Positions 35,266 through 44,189 of a DNA stretch of 50,903 bases are shown here, piece by piece; within the stretch, counting starts at the first letter, position 1, and every line of letters starts with the position of its first letter. This DNA comes from a virus (Duplodnaviria; Caudoviricetes). Under the pieces are notes generated by a model that saw nothing but the letters and a program-made list of their open reading frames with translations, was not told where the DNA came from and did not search any database. The stretch lies in the IMG/VR virus record IMGVR_UViG_3300012920_000002, positions 1-50,903 of that record, one strand, 5' to 3'. A program made the position numbers and the translations under genes.

Positions 35266-37326
35266 TCAGCCGATGCAGATGATCTCGCAGTTCGCCTCGC
35301 TGGAGAGGACGATCAGCTCGATGGTGTTGGCATCGACGCTGCGGGTGTCCATCTCCAGATCCACACCGGCTGAGTCGTAGACCTTCACCAGGGGGAACGA
35401 CTCTCCGAGGCCGTGAACCACCTGCAGGGGCACACCAGCCACCAGGCTGATGGTCGCGCGGAACTTGCTCGGCTTTGTGTCGACGTCGGACCGCAGGTCA
35501 TCCAGCTCGGTCTGGACCGCAGGGGCCAGCATCGCGCGCTCGACCTGGCCCGCGCTGATCTGGAAGGTGCCGGTCGCAGCGTCGTAGCTGATGCCGGGGC
35601 CTGCGGAGAGCTCGTTGCGGATGTTGGCGCTGGTCAGGGTGTAGGTGCCTGCCGCCGGGTCGTAGGCGCCCAGGCCAGGAGCAGAGAAGCTGTTGCGGAC
35701 CCAACCCTGGTCACCGGAGATCTCGCCGGTGGCCGCGTTGTAGCTGATGCCGGCGCCGCCGGTGAGCTGGGCACGAACATCCCCGCCGGTCAGGGTGTAG
35801 GTGCCGGCGGTCTCATCGTAGATGCCGAGACCGGGCGCGCTGATCTGGCTGCGGACGTCGGCCTGCGAGAGGGTGTAGACGCCGGTGACGGCGTTGTAGG
35901 TGCCGAGCCCACCGATACCCCAGCGGCTGCGGACCCATGCCTCGTCACCGGAGATGGCGCCGGAGGCCGGGTCGTAGCTGATGCCGGTTCCGGCGCCGAA
36001 GAGGCCACGGATGGCGCCAGCATCGCCGGACATCTCGCCGGTCGCAGCGTCGTAGGCGAGCAGGGCACCCGCGCCGATCTGCTGGCGGCTCCAGGCGGTG
36101 TTGCCGGAGATCTCTCCGGTCGCAGAGTCGTAGTCGATGCCAGCGCCGCCGGAGATCTGGGCGCGGACGTCGGCGCTGGTCAGGTTGTAGGCACCGGAGG
36201 CCGCATCGTAGGCACCGAGGCCGGGGGCGCTGAAGAGGCCGCGGATGGCACCAGCGTCACCGGCCATCTCGCCGGAGGCAGCGTCGTAGGTCAGCAGGGA
36301 GCCGGCCGAGACGCGGCCCCGGACCCAGTCCTGATCGACGGAGAAGGCGCCATCGTTGTAGACCGCGCCGGATCCGGCGGAGAACAGCGCCTTGATGTTC
36401 GCGGCGTTGCCGACGATCTCACCGTTGGCGGGGTTGAAGTCCACCAGGTCGCCAGGGGCGGAGAGCTGGTTGCGGACATCGCTGGCGGTCAGGGTGTAGG
36501 TGCCAGCAGCGGCGTCGTAGGTGCCGAGGTCCGGTGCCGAGAACAGCCCCTTGATGGCGGCCTCGTCAGCGGCCATCACGCCGGTGGTGTTGTCGTAGCT
36601 CATCAGCGCGCCGGCGCTGACCTGCTGGCGGGTCCAGGCCGCGTCACCCGAGATGGCGCCGGTGGCAGCGTTGTAGTTGACGCCGTTGGAGCCGGAGAGC
36701 AGCGCGCGGACGTCCGCCTCGGCCACGCCGAAGACGCCGGAAGCATCGTCGTAGGTGGCGATGCCAGAGGCCGAGAACTGCTGCCGGGCATAGGCCACGT
36801 CAAGCGAGAGCGCGCCAGAGGTGGAATTGTAGACGACGCCGTCGACGCCGGAGAGCAGCGCGCGGATCTGGCTGGCGGTCAGATCCGGCCCGTCCACCAG
36901 AAACCAGTCGGTCTCATCGCCGGCAGTGCCACCGTTGTGCATGAAGAACCGGGTCTGGCCGTCCTCGTGGTCGCGCATGACCAGGACGTCGGACATCTGG
37001 TGATCGCCCGGGACGTAGCCCGCGTCACCGACGAAGGCGGCGAGGTTGGCGAAGCCGGCGCCGGCACCATCGCCGTCGACGTGCAGCCGGGTGATCGCCA
37101 GGGCCTCGATGGAGAGCTGGCGGTTCCGGCCGTCCGGGTCGGCGGTGATGGTCAGGTACGCGGAGCTGTTGGGGTGGACAGAGAGGTGACGCTCATCGAC
37201 ATAGGTCTTGGCCTGCCCCCAGGCGGCGGGCATGTTGTCGAGGATGGCGTCCTGAATGTTGCGGATCGAGCCGGCGCTGCCGCGGAACTCGATGCCAGAG
37301 ACGTACTGCTTGTGGCCTGCGGTCAT
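35266..37326 (-). CDS. Repeat-rich tail fibre/whisker protein
   Basis: 686 aa; many ~25-aa repeats (G-I/L-S/A-Y-D/N-A-A-T-G...V/I-R). Confidence 0.7.
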   Translation of the reverse strand: MTAGHKQYVSGIEFRGSAGSIRNIQDAILDNMPAAWGQAKTYVDERHLSVHPNSSAYLTITADPDGRNRQLSIEALAITRLHVDGDGAGAGFANLAAFVGDAGYVPGDHQMSDVLVMRDHEDGQTRFFMHNGGTAGDETDWFLVDGPDLTASQIRALLSGVDGVVYNSTSGALSLDVAYARQQFSASGIATYDDASGVFGVAEADVRALLSGSNGVNYNAATGAISGDAAWTRQQVSAGALMSYDNTTGVMAADEAAIKGLFSAPDLGTYDAAAGTYTLTASDVRNQLSAPGDLVDFNPANGEIVGNAANIKALFSAGSGAVYNDGAFSVDQDWVRGRVSAGSLLTYDAASGEMAGDAGAIRGLFSAPGLGAYDAASGAYNLTSADVRAQISGGAGIDYDSATGEISGNTAWSRQQIGAGALLAYDAATGEMSGDAGAIRGLFGAGTGISYDPASGAISGDEAWVRSRWGIGGLGTYNAVTGVYTLSQADVRSQISAPGLGIYDETAGTYTLTGGDVRAQLTGGAGISYNAATGEISGDQGWVRNSFSAPGLGAYDPAAGTYTLTSANIRNELSAGPGISYDAATGTFQISAGQVERAMLAPAVQTELDDLRSDVDTKPSKFRATISLVAGVPLQVVHGLGESFPLVKVYDSAGVDLEMDTRSVDANTIELIVLSSEANCEIICIG

Positions 37327-37378
37327 GGTGGGGTGTTCTCCAGGTGGGTGGCGGCGGAGACGCTGGCTGAGGCCCGCA

Positions 37379-37729
37379 TCAGCGGACCCAGGCCGTCCCG
37401 GTCATGGGGGTAAGGAAGTCGACGTGTGCAACCGTCGAAAGCTGAGGCAGGGTGATCGCGCCCTCAATCAGGGTCTCCGCGCCATCGATCTCAGCGACGA
37501 GCTGGATGATGGGGATGCGCCCCAGGTTGTGGGTGATCTCGATGTGGGTGACGTTGACGAAGCCGAAGCTCAGGATGCCGCCCAAGGACACAGCGGGGTT
37601 CTCGACGGTGTTGATTTCGAGGTCATCACGGATCGTGACGGTGTCCCCATTCTGCTCGGTGATCACCAGGGCCGGGTTGATGCCCTGCACCCGGATGACC
37701 GGCAGCCCCTGCCGGATGGTCTCAGCCAC
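37379..37729 (-). CDS. Small putative virion structural protein
   Basis: ITHNLGRIP motif similar to the C-terminus of the fibre gene (VVHGLGESFP). Confidence 0.55.
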   Translation of the reverse strand: MAETIRQGLPVIRVQGINPALVITEQNGDTVTIRDDLEINTVENPAVSLGGILSFGFVNVTHIEITHNLGRIPIIQLVAEIDGAETLIEGAITLPQLSTVAHVDFLTPMTGTAWVR

Positions 37730-38120
37730 GGGTCACCCCAAGGTCCGCGATCGCGCGCCCCTGAATCAGCCGGTAGGGCTCGGTCCAGGAGGCTCCAGCA
37801 GGGGGATAGAGCAGGACGTCATAGAAGCCCCCGCGCGGCGGCAGGCGCTGGGCGGCGACCCGGGTGACCAGGAAGACGACATCACCGGTCGCAGACAGGG
37901 TGACCGTCCCGTCACCGTCGTTGCCAGTCTCCCCGGAGCCGATGTCGATCAGCGGGGGGAGGGCCTCTCGACCAGGTCGGGGTGCCTCGCCTCGGATCTG
38001 CATCCGCGCTGTCCACCCCGTCAGATCAACGGCAACACCCTCGGCGTTCTCCCACCGAAACGGGAGCCGGTTCCCGGCGTTCTGTTGCAGTCGAATGTGA
38101 CGGGTCGGGGTGGACGGCAT
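37722..38120 (-). CDS. Putative tail/baseplate adaptor protein
   Basis: VDLTGWTARMQIR...YDVLL...LIQG pattern typical of phage fibre-attachment proteins. Confidence 0.65.
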   Translation of the reverse strand: MPSTPTRHIRLQQNAGNRLPFRWENAEGVAVDLTGWTARMQIRGEAPRPGREALPPLIDIGSGETGNDGDGTVTLSATGDVVFLVTRVAAQRLPPRGGFYDVLLYPPAGASWTEPYRLIQGRAIADLGVTRG

Positions 38121-38236
38121 GGGCGGCGGCGGTCTCCTGCAGGACTCATCCGAGGAGATAGGCGACCGTTCTGAGGGCCCTGGCCTCCTGGGGCCTGCTG
38201 GGGTCCGCTGGGGCGCGCTCGCGGCAGGGCACAGAC

Positions 38237-38266
38237 GACGGTCCGGGTAAGATTGACCGGACCGTT
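38237..38266. repeat. 30-bp palindromic element, type B (centre GTAAGATTGA)
   Basis: GACGGTCCGG GTAAGATTGA CCGGACCGTT. Confidence 0.95.
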
Positions 38267-38287
38267 TACCCCCACCCGGAGACCACC

Positions 38288-38449
38288 ATGACCCCCGAAG
38301 AAGAAAAGCGCCTTGCCGAGCTGGAGGAGCGCGTGGAGCAGCAGGACAAGCGGATCAAGAACCTGGAGGCCCACATTGAGGCTCTGATCAAAACGCTGCA
38401 CAACGCGCCCAAGATGATCGAAGATGCCTTCAAGGGTGGGCCCTTCTGA
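38288..38449 (+). CDS. 53-aa coiled-coil protein (absent from the ORF track)
   Basis: MTPEEEKRLAELEERVEQQDKRIKNLEAHIEALIKTLHNAPKMIEDAFKGGPF; CCGGAG RBS. Confidence 0.7.
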   Translation: MTPEEEKRLAELEERVEQQDKRIKNLEAHIEALIKTLHNAPKMIEDAFKGGPF

Positions 38450-38458
38450 GGGTTCCAC

Positions 38459-38488
38459 GACGGTCCGGCGGAATTCCGCCGGACCGTC
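38459..38488. repeat. 30-bp palindromic element, type A (perfect)
   Basis: GACGGTCCGGCGGAATTCCGCCGGACCGTC. Confidence 0.97.
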
Positions 38489-38538
38489 GTCTGTGCCCAG
38501 CTCGCCACCCCCACCACAATGCGAGCGGCTATGCTCGG

Positions 38539-38568
38539 GACGCTCCGGGCAACATTACCCGGACCGTG
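38539..38568. repeat. Degenerate 30-bp palindromic element, type B
   Basis: GACGCTCCGG GCAACATTAC CCGGACCGTG, 8 bp before the lipoprotein start. Confidence 0.8.
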
Positions 38569-38576
38569 GAGGCAGG

Positions 38577-38987
38577 ATGTTGTGGCTGATGATGGCGTGC
38601 TCTGGGGGCGAGGTTGACGACTCCGGTGAGGATGAAGTCGCCTGCGAGGCCCTCGATACCATCGCCGTCGCAGCCTACGAGATCGACGACGACGGCACCA
38701 TCTGGCTCGATGGCACCGGCTCCACGGCCTGCGATGAGGCCCTGTACTCCTGGTGGGAGGTCACCCACTACGAGGCATCGGTGGGCGGGGTGCAGCCGGA
38801 CCCAGCGACGGCGGACTACTACGTGAATGTCAGCGAGGAGGCCATCTACACCGAGTTTGATGCGGCGACATGGGCTGGCGAAGACGTCCGGGTGATGCTC
38901 TCGATCTGCACAGAGCCCCGGCAGGGGTCCTGCTATGGCGCGGAGCGGCTGGGCTTCGACTACGTGGAATTCACCGTCCCGGAGTGA
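38577..38987 (+). CDS. Acidic lipoprotein (moron)
   Basis: MLWLMMAC short lipobox-like signal, D/E-rich; GGAGG RBS; opposite strand to the tail genes. Confidence 0.7.
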   Translation: MLWLMMACSGGEVDDSGEDEVACEALDTIAVAAYEIDDDGTIWLDGTGSTACDEALYSWWEVTHYEASVGGVQPDPATADYYVNVSEEAIYTEFDAATWAGEDVRVMLSICTEPRQGSCYGAERLGFDYVEFTVPE

Positions 38988-40670
38988 TCAGCTCTCTGAG
39001 GGGACGGTGACGGTCACCAGGTCGACCCAGGCCGTCGGCCCATCGGGGGCATCGAGCGACACCCGGACCGAGGTGACCATCATCGGCTGGGCGTCGTAGC
39101 CGTACCGGGTCTCCAAGAGGCCGCCGTAGATCAGGTTGGTGGTGAGGTAGATGATGTCGCCCTTGCAGAGCTGGGCGAACCGGCTGTGCACCTTCAGCGA
39201 CAGCTTCTCCCACGGCAGGGCATCCCAGCACAGCATCCGGGCAGCATCGCCTTCAGCGACTGCCTGCTCACTGCTGGCCCCAGTCCTGCCGAACAACACC
39301 TTCGACAGGTCGTGATCCCGGAGGACCATCGCGGGCAGCCGCCCCGCGCGCCATCCGCTGTAGGTGTCCTCGTAGGTCTTCGGGTCGCCCTCGCGGGTGG
39401 GGGTGCTGCTGTCGTAGACCTCGGCGGTGATGACCTGACTGGTCCGGGCGACGCTCTGCTGCTCCGAGGCCGGCACCTGCAGCTGGACGACCTCGATGAT
39501 GTCGTCGTCGGTGATGGTGAGGCCGGTGGTCTTGAGCCCGTGGGGCTGGCGGGTGGTGGCGGGGTTGAGATCCTGGAGCGCCCGCAGTGTGAGCATGCCG
39601 TGCCGCATCGCAGGGAAGATGCCAGCCTCCAGCAGCAGGGTGACGAGCCACCTTAGCGCGCTGTCTTGGCGGGAGTCGCTGACCAGGTCCCACTCCCCGT
39701 CGAGGTAGTTCCCCGTCGTCGGCACCATCACCTCCTGGATCCAGGCGCTGACGTTGTTGACGTCCACGAAGGCAAAGAGCTGACCGCCGGGGTCCACGCC
39801 CCAGCTCGCCGGCAGGGTGTCGTAGATGCCGGTGCTGCCCGCTGTCCCGGTGGAGGCAACGATCTTCAAGAAGATGACGCCAGGGTGATCCGTCAGCCGG
39901 GCCATGGGGAAGACCTTGCCGCGGTTGCTGCCGAGGAGGTTGCTCCAGGTGATGGTGCTGCTGCCGCGCTGGGGGCCCGTGCCGCTCATGGTCAGCTCGG
40001 TGCTGCTCGCCTTGCTGTCCCACTCCAGCAGCGTCTCATCGCCGTTGCTGTTCACCACCTTCAGCAGGCCGCGCTGCCCGTTCTCCTGCTCGAAGTAGTC
40101 GAAGTTCCCCGCACCGCTGGCGGCGGTGAGGGTGCCGGAGCTGGTCATGTCCACCGAGCTTCCGGCGGAGAAGACGACCGCGCTGCGGTTGAGCGGCCAG
40201 AACAGCGCGGCTTCGCTGTCTTCGGCGTCGGTCGCGCTGGTGTCCAGGGTCTGTCGGGTGGACAGCGCGGTGAGGAGGTCACCGAACCGGAGGGTGAAGA
40301 CCTCCTGCAGGCCGTTCCGGGTGATGCCCTCCAGAGGGCCGATTGCCCAGGGCTCCGCCGCGGACGTGTCTCCGGTGGGGTGGCAGTAGAGCACCGCGAT
40401 GGCGCCGGCCGGCATGTCATCGAGGACGCCGCGCAGGTCGCCGGCGACGGTGACATCGAAGCCGCCCAGCGTGATCTGACAGGGCGAGGGCGTCAGCGTC
40501 CCGGACCAGGTGGATGCGCCAGTGATCAGTGGGAGTCCCTCCCCGATGCGGTTGGAGAAGACCACCCCGGAGGCGTTGACCGAGCCGGTCATCGGCAGGA
40601 ATTCGAGCCGGTAGTAGGGCGTCAGAACCGGGGCAGAGAGGGCCTGGATGAAGGATGCGGGCCAGGACAT
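38988..40670 (-). CDS. Tail tip/baseplate hub-like protein
   Basis: 560 aa, second gene after tape measure; LCKGDIIYL C-terminal pattern. Confidence 0.6.
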   Translation of the reverse strand: MSWPASFIQALSAPVLTPYYRLEFLPMTGSVNASGVVFSNRIGEGLPLITGASTWSGTLTPSPCQITLGGFDVTVAGDLRGVLDDMPAGAIAVLYCHPTGDTSAAEPWAIGPLEGITRNGLQEVFTLRFGDLLTALSTRQTLDTSATDAEDSEAALFWPLNRSAVVFSAGSSVDMTSSGTLTAASGAGNFDYFEQENGQRGLLKVVNSNGDETLLEWDSKASSTELTMSGTGPQRGSSTITWSNLLGSNRGKVFPMARLTDHPGVIFLKIVASTGTAGSTGIYDTLPASWGVDPGGQLFAFVDVNNVSAWIQEVMVPTTGNYLDGEWDLVSDSRQDSALRWLVTLLLEAGIFPAMRHGMLTLRALQDLNPATTRQPHGLKTTGLTITDDDIIEVVQLQVPASEQQSVARTSQVITAEVYDSSTPTREGDPKTYEDTYSGWRAGRLPAMVLRDHDLSKVLFGRTGASSEQAVAEGDAARMLCWDALPWEKLSLKVHSRFAQLCKGDIIYLTTNLIYGGLLETRYGYDAQPMMVTSVRVSLDAPDGPTAWVDLVTVTVPSES

Positions 40671-40715
40671 GGGGCGTCACCTGGGGGCTGGGGTTGGGGG
40701 TGATGAGCAGGCCGA

Positions 40716-41531
40716 TCAGCGGCCGGTGAGGTTCGTCAGCAGGGGGTCGGGGGCGTAGACCGCGCCATCGCTGAGGGTCGCGACCCCGTCTGTGTCCAGC
40801 AGGGTCTCCAGGGTCCGGCCGCCGGAGCCATTGCCGCTGTTGAGCACCACGCCCTCCTGGTTCGCGGCCCAGGTGCTCGCATCGTCTGTGGCCAGCTCGA
40901 TGGCGAGGCTCCAGACGTTGCCGATCTCCACGACGGTGATCGCTCGGTTGAGCTGGTCAGCCGGCCGCAGCAGCACCGGCCAGAACCACTCCCAGGAGAC
41001 CAGGACCGGCTCCGTCGGGGAGAACAGCGGCGGAGTACTCGTGGAGAGCTGGATGGGGCTCGCGCCGTTCCAGGCGTCGATCTCCACCTTCTCTTCCGTC
41101 CCCTCTGGGAAGCCAGACCGCAGCCGGAGCCGGTCCCCACCGTTCAGCGCGATGCCGGCACCGACCATCGACGACCAGGGCGGCACACCGGGAGAGAGGC
41201 TGGTGGCGCCGGCGGTGTAGGGGCTGGTCAGGAAGGCAGCCCAGGCCCGGTCCTGGTCGGCAGAGAAGGCGCAGCGGCCGCCCCGCTGCAGGTGGTTCTC
41301 CAGGGCGAGCAGCCGGGCAGCGAGGTCTGGACCGCCCGCCATCAGCTCCAGCGTCAGGGTGATGCGTTTCCGGGAGAGCCCCAGGGACCGCTGCACCGCG
41401 CCGGTCATGGCGACCGCATCCGCAGCGAGGACCTCCGGGCGCTCGTCGTAAGAGGTCACGCACTCCCCCAGCGAGAGCTGCACCGGCGAGCCGGGCCCGG
41501 GAGAGGGGTAGAGCCAGAATGAGGCCTGCAT
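40716..41531 (-). CDS. Distal tail-like protein
   Basis: 271 aa directly after tape measure. Confidence 0.55.
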   Translation of the reverse strand: MQASFWLYPSPGPGSPVQLSLGECVTSYDERPEVLAADAVAMTGAVQRSLGLSRKRITLTLELMAGGPDLAARLLALENHLQRGGRCAFSADQDRAWAAFLTSPYTAGATSLSPGVPPWSSMVGAGIALNGGDRLRLRSGFPEGTEEKVEIDAWNGASPIQLSTSTPPLFSPTEPVLVSWEWFWPVLLRPADQLNRAITVVEIGNVWSLAIELATDDASTWAANQEGVVLNSGNGSGGRTLETLLDTDGVATLSDGAVYAPDPLLTNLTGR

Positions 41532-41535
41532 GTCG

Positions 41536-43863
41536 TCAGCTCCTGCCGAAGGTCTTGCCGAACTCCGCGGCGTTGCTGGCCCGGGTCATCTGCTGGTTGA
41601 GCGTCGGCAGGGTGCCGGGGTCCACGTTGACCGCATTCACCGTGACCCGAACCCCTCCCCCATCTCGGTCGCCGGCCTGAGCCTGCTGCAGCCGGGCAAA
41701 CTGACGCCGCAGACCGCCGCCGGCGGCCGTGTTCAGGGTGCCGGCCCGACCGTCGAGGATGGCGAAGAGCCGCGCGACCTCCGCGGCGACTTCCCGGGCC
41801 GCGCTCGCCGAGCTGCTCGACGTGGACCGCGCCGAACTGGCCCCGCTGTTCTGGAGCGGCCGCCCGTCGCCGTCGAAGAGGCCGGCAAAGAAGCCCCCCT
41901 CGCGTCGCTCCTGGAACCGCTCCTGGGCGTTGCCGAAGATGTCGAAGAACTCCTTCAGCTCCGCCTTGATCGACTCCCAGGCATCGAGCATCCCCTGGCC
42001 GATCATGCGGATGAATCGCCCCGGGTTGAGGAAGTTCCGCAGCAGGGCCTGGACACGGTTGATGGGCAGCAGCAGGGCCGTTTTCAGGGCGCTCCCGATG
42101 ACCTGAAACAGGATCTCCGGCAGGGCGTTGAAGATGACCGACGGCGCCGCACCAATGCCGGCAGCGAGGTTGTCGATCTGGCTGCCGATGCGGTCCGCCA
42201 GCGCCGCTCCCGATGCGCTCCCGTACCGCTCCATCGCCGCCTCGATCTCCCGGACGGTGTCCTCATCACCACGCTCTCGCGCCTGCTCCAGCTGCGCCTC
42301 CAGCGCCAGCCCCGCCGCCCCGAGCCCCTCCAGCAGCCCCGCGATCTGCAGCCCGATGCTGACCACCGGGGCTGCCGGGCCAAGGAAGGGAGCCAGCACA
42401 CCGCTGACAGCACTGGACGCGCTCCCCAGCAGGTCTCCGCCGAAGAGCGACGACAGCGGGCCGCTGATGGTGTCGGAGATGGTCTGCAGGCGCGCGGACT
42501 CCGCCCCCTGCTCAATGGCCCCGTTCAGCCGGGCCAGGGCAGCAGAGAACTCCTCGGCGCTGATCTGCCCCCGACTCATCAGGGTGAAGAGGTCGGACTG
42601 AGCGAGCTGCAGCCGCTCCAGCTGGGACAGCCCCTCCGGGGGGACCAGCTCCCCGAGCAGCTCCCGGAAGCCGGCCAGAGCCGGGTCGACGGCGGACACC
42701 CCATCCGGCAGGAGCTGGGGAGCCTCCTTCATTGCCGCAGCGAACTCCTCCAGGGCGGCGATGAAGGCCGGGTCACCCTTCAGGGCTTCACTGATCTCCG
42801 CCGGGTCCAGGCCGGCCTGACTGATCGCGGCGTTGATCTGCAGCAGCTCCCGGGCTGCATCCGCCTCGGCCTTCTTCGCATCCGCAGTGGCTCGCGCAGC
42901 CGCGGCCGCGTCTTCCCGGGCCTGCCGCTCCCGGTCTGCCTGCTCCGCACTCTCCCGCCCATACTCGGCCACCTGCGCGATCGCGGTCCGGCCTTCCTCC
43001 AGCCGCGCCGTCACCCCGTCGAGGAGGTCCTGCTGGTGGCTCACCGCATCGTTGGCCCGCTGCAGCGCGGTGGCCTGGCTCTCCACCGCATCGAGGGCGG
43101 CCTGCATGGGGGCGGTCAGGGCCTCGCCGGCGGCGACCCGCTCCCGGGCCTTCTGGAGGGCGGCCGCGTTGCGCTGCTCAGTGGCGGCCAGGGTCTCCTG
43201 GGCGGTGGCAGCTTCCTGTTGGGCGATGGCCAGGGCTTCCCGGTTCATGGCGAGCTGCTCGGCGGCGGCTTCCTCCAGGCGCTGCACACCCTGCAGCCGG
43301 TTCACCTCGAACTGGTCGATCTCCCCGTTGATGAGCTTGATCTGGGTCTCGACGTCCACCAGCCCCGCCTTGAATTGCTGGTGAGCAGCCGCCGCGCGCT
43401 CCGCCTGCTCGGCAGCGGCGGTCATCCGGGCCTCGGCTTCCTCGACGGCGGCAGCAAGCTGGCGGTAGACGAGCAGCAGGGCCCCGACAGCGATGGCGAG
43501 GGGAGCGATGATGGCCCCGAGGGCGGCGGCAGCGGTGCCAGCAGCGGTCATGGCGCGGGTCATGCCCGACAGCGCCCGCATCGCTTGGGCGGCCTCGGGG
43601 GAGACGTGCTGCACAGCGGTTGCGAGCCCGGAGAGGACGCGGCTGGAGGTTCGGCCGCTCTTGGTGATCTCCCCAAGGCCGGTGTTCATGCCGGTGACCG
43701 CCGAGAGGGCCTCATCCATGCCCCCCACAACCTCGTCGCTGGCGTCCCCCATGCTCCCCAGCGCCGCCTGGGTCTCCGCTGCCGCACCCGCCAGCTCCTC
43801 CAGCGTCTCCTGGGCATCCGGGGCGTTGATGATGAGGTTGTAGACGACGCTGACATCAGCCAT
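41536..43863 (-). CDS. Tail tape measure protein
   Basis: 775 aa, Ala-rich helical with hydrophobic segments, after the chaperone pair. Confidence 0.85.
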   Translation of the reverse strand: MADVSVVYNLIINAPDAQETLEELAGAAAETQAALGSMGDASDEVVGGMDEALSAVTGMNTGLGEITKSGRTSSRVLSGLATAVQHVSPEAAQAMRALSGMTRAMTAAGTAAAALGAIIAPLAIAVGALLLVYRQLAAAVEEAEARMTAAAEQAERAAAAHQQFKAGLVDVETQIKLINGEIDQFEVNRLQGVQRLEEAAAEQLAMNREALAIAQQEAATAQETLAATEQRNAAALQKARERVAAGEALTAPMQAALDAVESQATALQRANDAVSHQQDLLDGVTARLEEGRTAIAQVAEYGRESAEQADRERQAREDAAAAARATADAKKAEADAARELLQINAAISQAGLDPAEISEALKGDPAFIAALEEFAAAMKEAPQLLPDGVSAVDPALAGFRELLGELVPPEGLSQLERLQLAQSDLFTLMSRGQISAEEFSAALARLNGAIEQGAESARLQTISDTISGPLSSLFGGDLLGSASSAVSGVLAPFLGPAAPVVSIGLQIAGLLEGLGAAGLALEAQLEQARERGDEDTVREIEAAMERYGSASGAALADRIGSQIDNLAAGIGAAPSVIFNALPEILFQVIGSALKTALLLPINRVQALLRNFLNPGRFIRMIGQGMLDAWESIKAELKEFFDIFGNAQERFQERREGGFFAGLFDGDGRPLQNSGASSARSTSSSSASAAREVAAEVARLFAILDGRAGTLNTAAGGGLRRQFARLQQAQAGDRDGGGVRVTVNAVNVDPGTLPTLNQQMTRASNAAEFGKTFGRS

Positions 43864-44189
43864 GACCCGCTCCCTTGTCCTTGCGCCCCTGAGCGCCGTT
43901 CATCACCCGAGGCCGTGGGGCGGTCCCCGGGTCCTGGGTGTCCGATGCGGCCGCGGCCATGGCACCGAGCATGCCGCCGGCGAGGTGGTCGAGGGCGAGG
44001 ACGGGGAAGAAGCTGGGGCCATCGCCCTCGCTCAGCTCTGCGACCACCCGGGCGAGGGCTTCGTCGCACTCGGTAAGACATCGTGCAGTGAGGAGGAGGT
44101 CATCCCACCCCAGCGCCAGCAGCTCCCCGGCGCTCTTCCCGAGCTTCTGGGCCATCACCCCGAGCAGCTGGCAGACCGGGGCCGGGAAA
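43856..44189 (-). CDS. Tail assembly chaperone, downstream (T-like) frame
   Basis: Overlaps the G-like ORF in the +1 frame; no strong start; its stop overlaps the tape measure start. Confidence 0.55.

Larger units (their letters stand above)
38228..38497. mobile_element. Possible MITE-like single-gene cassette bounded by palindromic elements
   Basis: 19-20-bp perfect terminal inverted repeats GGCACAGACGACGGTCCGG, flanked on both sides by CAG. Confidence 0.45.

Noticed and set aside
35266-40670. Diversity-generating retroelement or invertase-driven tail fibre switching
   Set aside because: No reverse transcriptase, no adenine-variant TR/VR pair and no serine invertase were seen.
41530-44076. 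Long antisense ORFs (848 aa here; also 48514-50754, 35413-37413, 23836-25818, 12672-14588)
   Set aside because: These are shadow ORFs opposite well-supported genes, typical of high-GC codon bias, and carry no motifs.
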